A DNA stretch of 64,000 bases from the NCBI GenBank assembly GCA_012295275.1, contig CM022679.1, forward strand, positions 29,946,001 to 30,010,000, read 5' to 3'. The stretch comes from Chrysomallon squamiferum. Taxonomy: Eukaryota > Animalia > Mollusca. Under the pieces are notes generated by a model that was not told the origin of the DNA, did no database searches, and saw only the letters and a program-made list of their open reading frames with translations. Of this stretch, positions 63,240-64,000 are shown piece after piece. Position numbers and translations under genes: made by a program. The first letter of the stretch is position 1. Each line of letters opens with the position of its first letter.

Positions 63240-64000
63240 ATTAATTAATAAATAAAATAAAATAAAAAATGATATAGAATCATTCCTGTACTTTCAATTA
63301 TTTCTTTATAGTGTATATGTGCAGTGATTACTATCAAAAAACATATTACATAAATATTTTTGCTTAGTTCTAGTTCTTTTGTTGTTGTTTTTTCCCCAAT
63401 CAGCCTAGTTTTTGGTGGTTTGTTAGTTTTTGGTGGTTTGTTAGTTTTTGGTGGTTTGTTTGTTTTGGGGTCTGGGGTTGCTTATTTCTTTTCTGTTAAT
63501 CACGATGACTCTCTTAGACAATCCTCTTGCTGCATCCATTTTCACATTTTCCCGTTCTAACCAGAGTCTGACGACCAGCGTGTCAGACTGAACAGAATGT
63601 GCTAGTCGTTAATGAGTTAGAAAACGAACATAAACGAAATGTTGCTGATGACACATGGCAGTAGACAACACGGTTTCCACCGTGGATTTCTTTTCTAATA
63701 TATTGTTGTACACAAATTACAGTTTATATAAAAAAACAAAAAATCCTAAAAAAACAGTACATCAAGGAGTTGCGGTCGGTTTGGTTTCTAACACAAGCTT
63801 ACTGAAGATTTGGTAGTGAATAAATAATGCGTTTTCTATGCATAATTCTTCTCGTTCGTTTATATGACAGTAGCGCTGAATTTCACAATTAAAATTAGTG
63901 TTGTGTTTCTTTCAAGACGTCGATTTACTTAAATAAACGGTTAATTAACAATTCATTCACCAGGCAGGCTGTGACTCAGTGGTTAGATTAGCTGGTTGAT

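Overview
Eukaryotic, very AT-rich, microsatellite-dense genomic DNA from an invertebrate. A mollusc is my inference from the repeat landscape and domain style; it cannot be proven here. The window is a tandem cluster of nine paralogous 4-exon genes (called G1-G9 here), reconstructed by hand from GT-AG sites. Each encodes a secreted 269-276 aa protein: signal peptide + PAN/Apple-like domain (exon 1), a 4-Cys EGF-like mini-module (85-nt exon 2), and a C-type lectin domain split over exon 3 (177 nt) and exon 4. Intron phases are 0/1/1. G1, G3, G4, G5 (minus strand), G6 and G7 are intact. G8 and G9 each carry a single homopolymer frameshift (possibly sequencing error), and G2 is a multi-lesion pseudogene. 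The sugar-specificity motif differs among copies (EPN, QPN, QPD, LPD, EPS). The genes are patchworks of each other's segments, and three carry an intronic in-frame spare copy of the 3' third of exon 1, which is the form expressed in G7-G9. Also present: a 5.8 kb minisatellite that arose at a splice donor, a 218 bp MITE, a SINE-like module, an 822 bp insertion inside a (CT)n tract, and a TTAA-bounded GC-rich multi-hairpin element. Most ORFs in the supplied track are simple-repeat artefacts.
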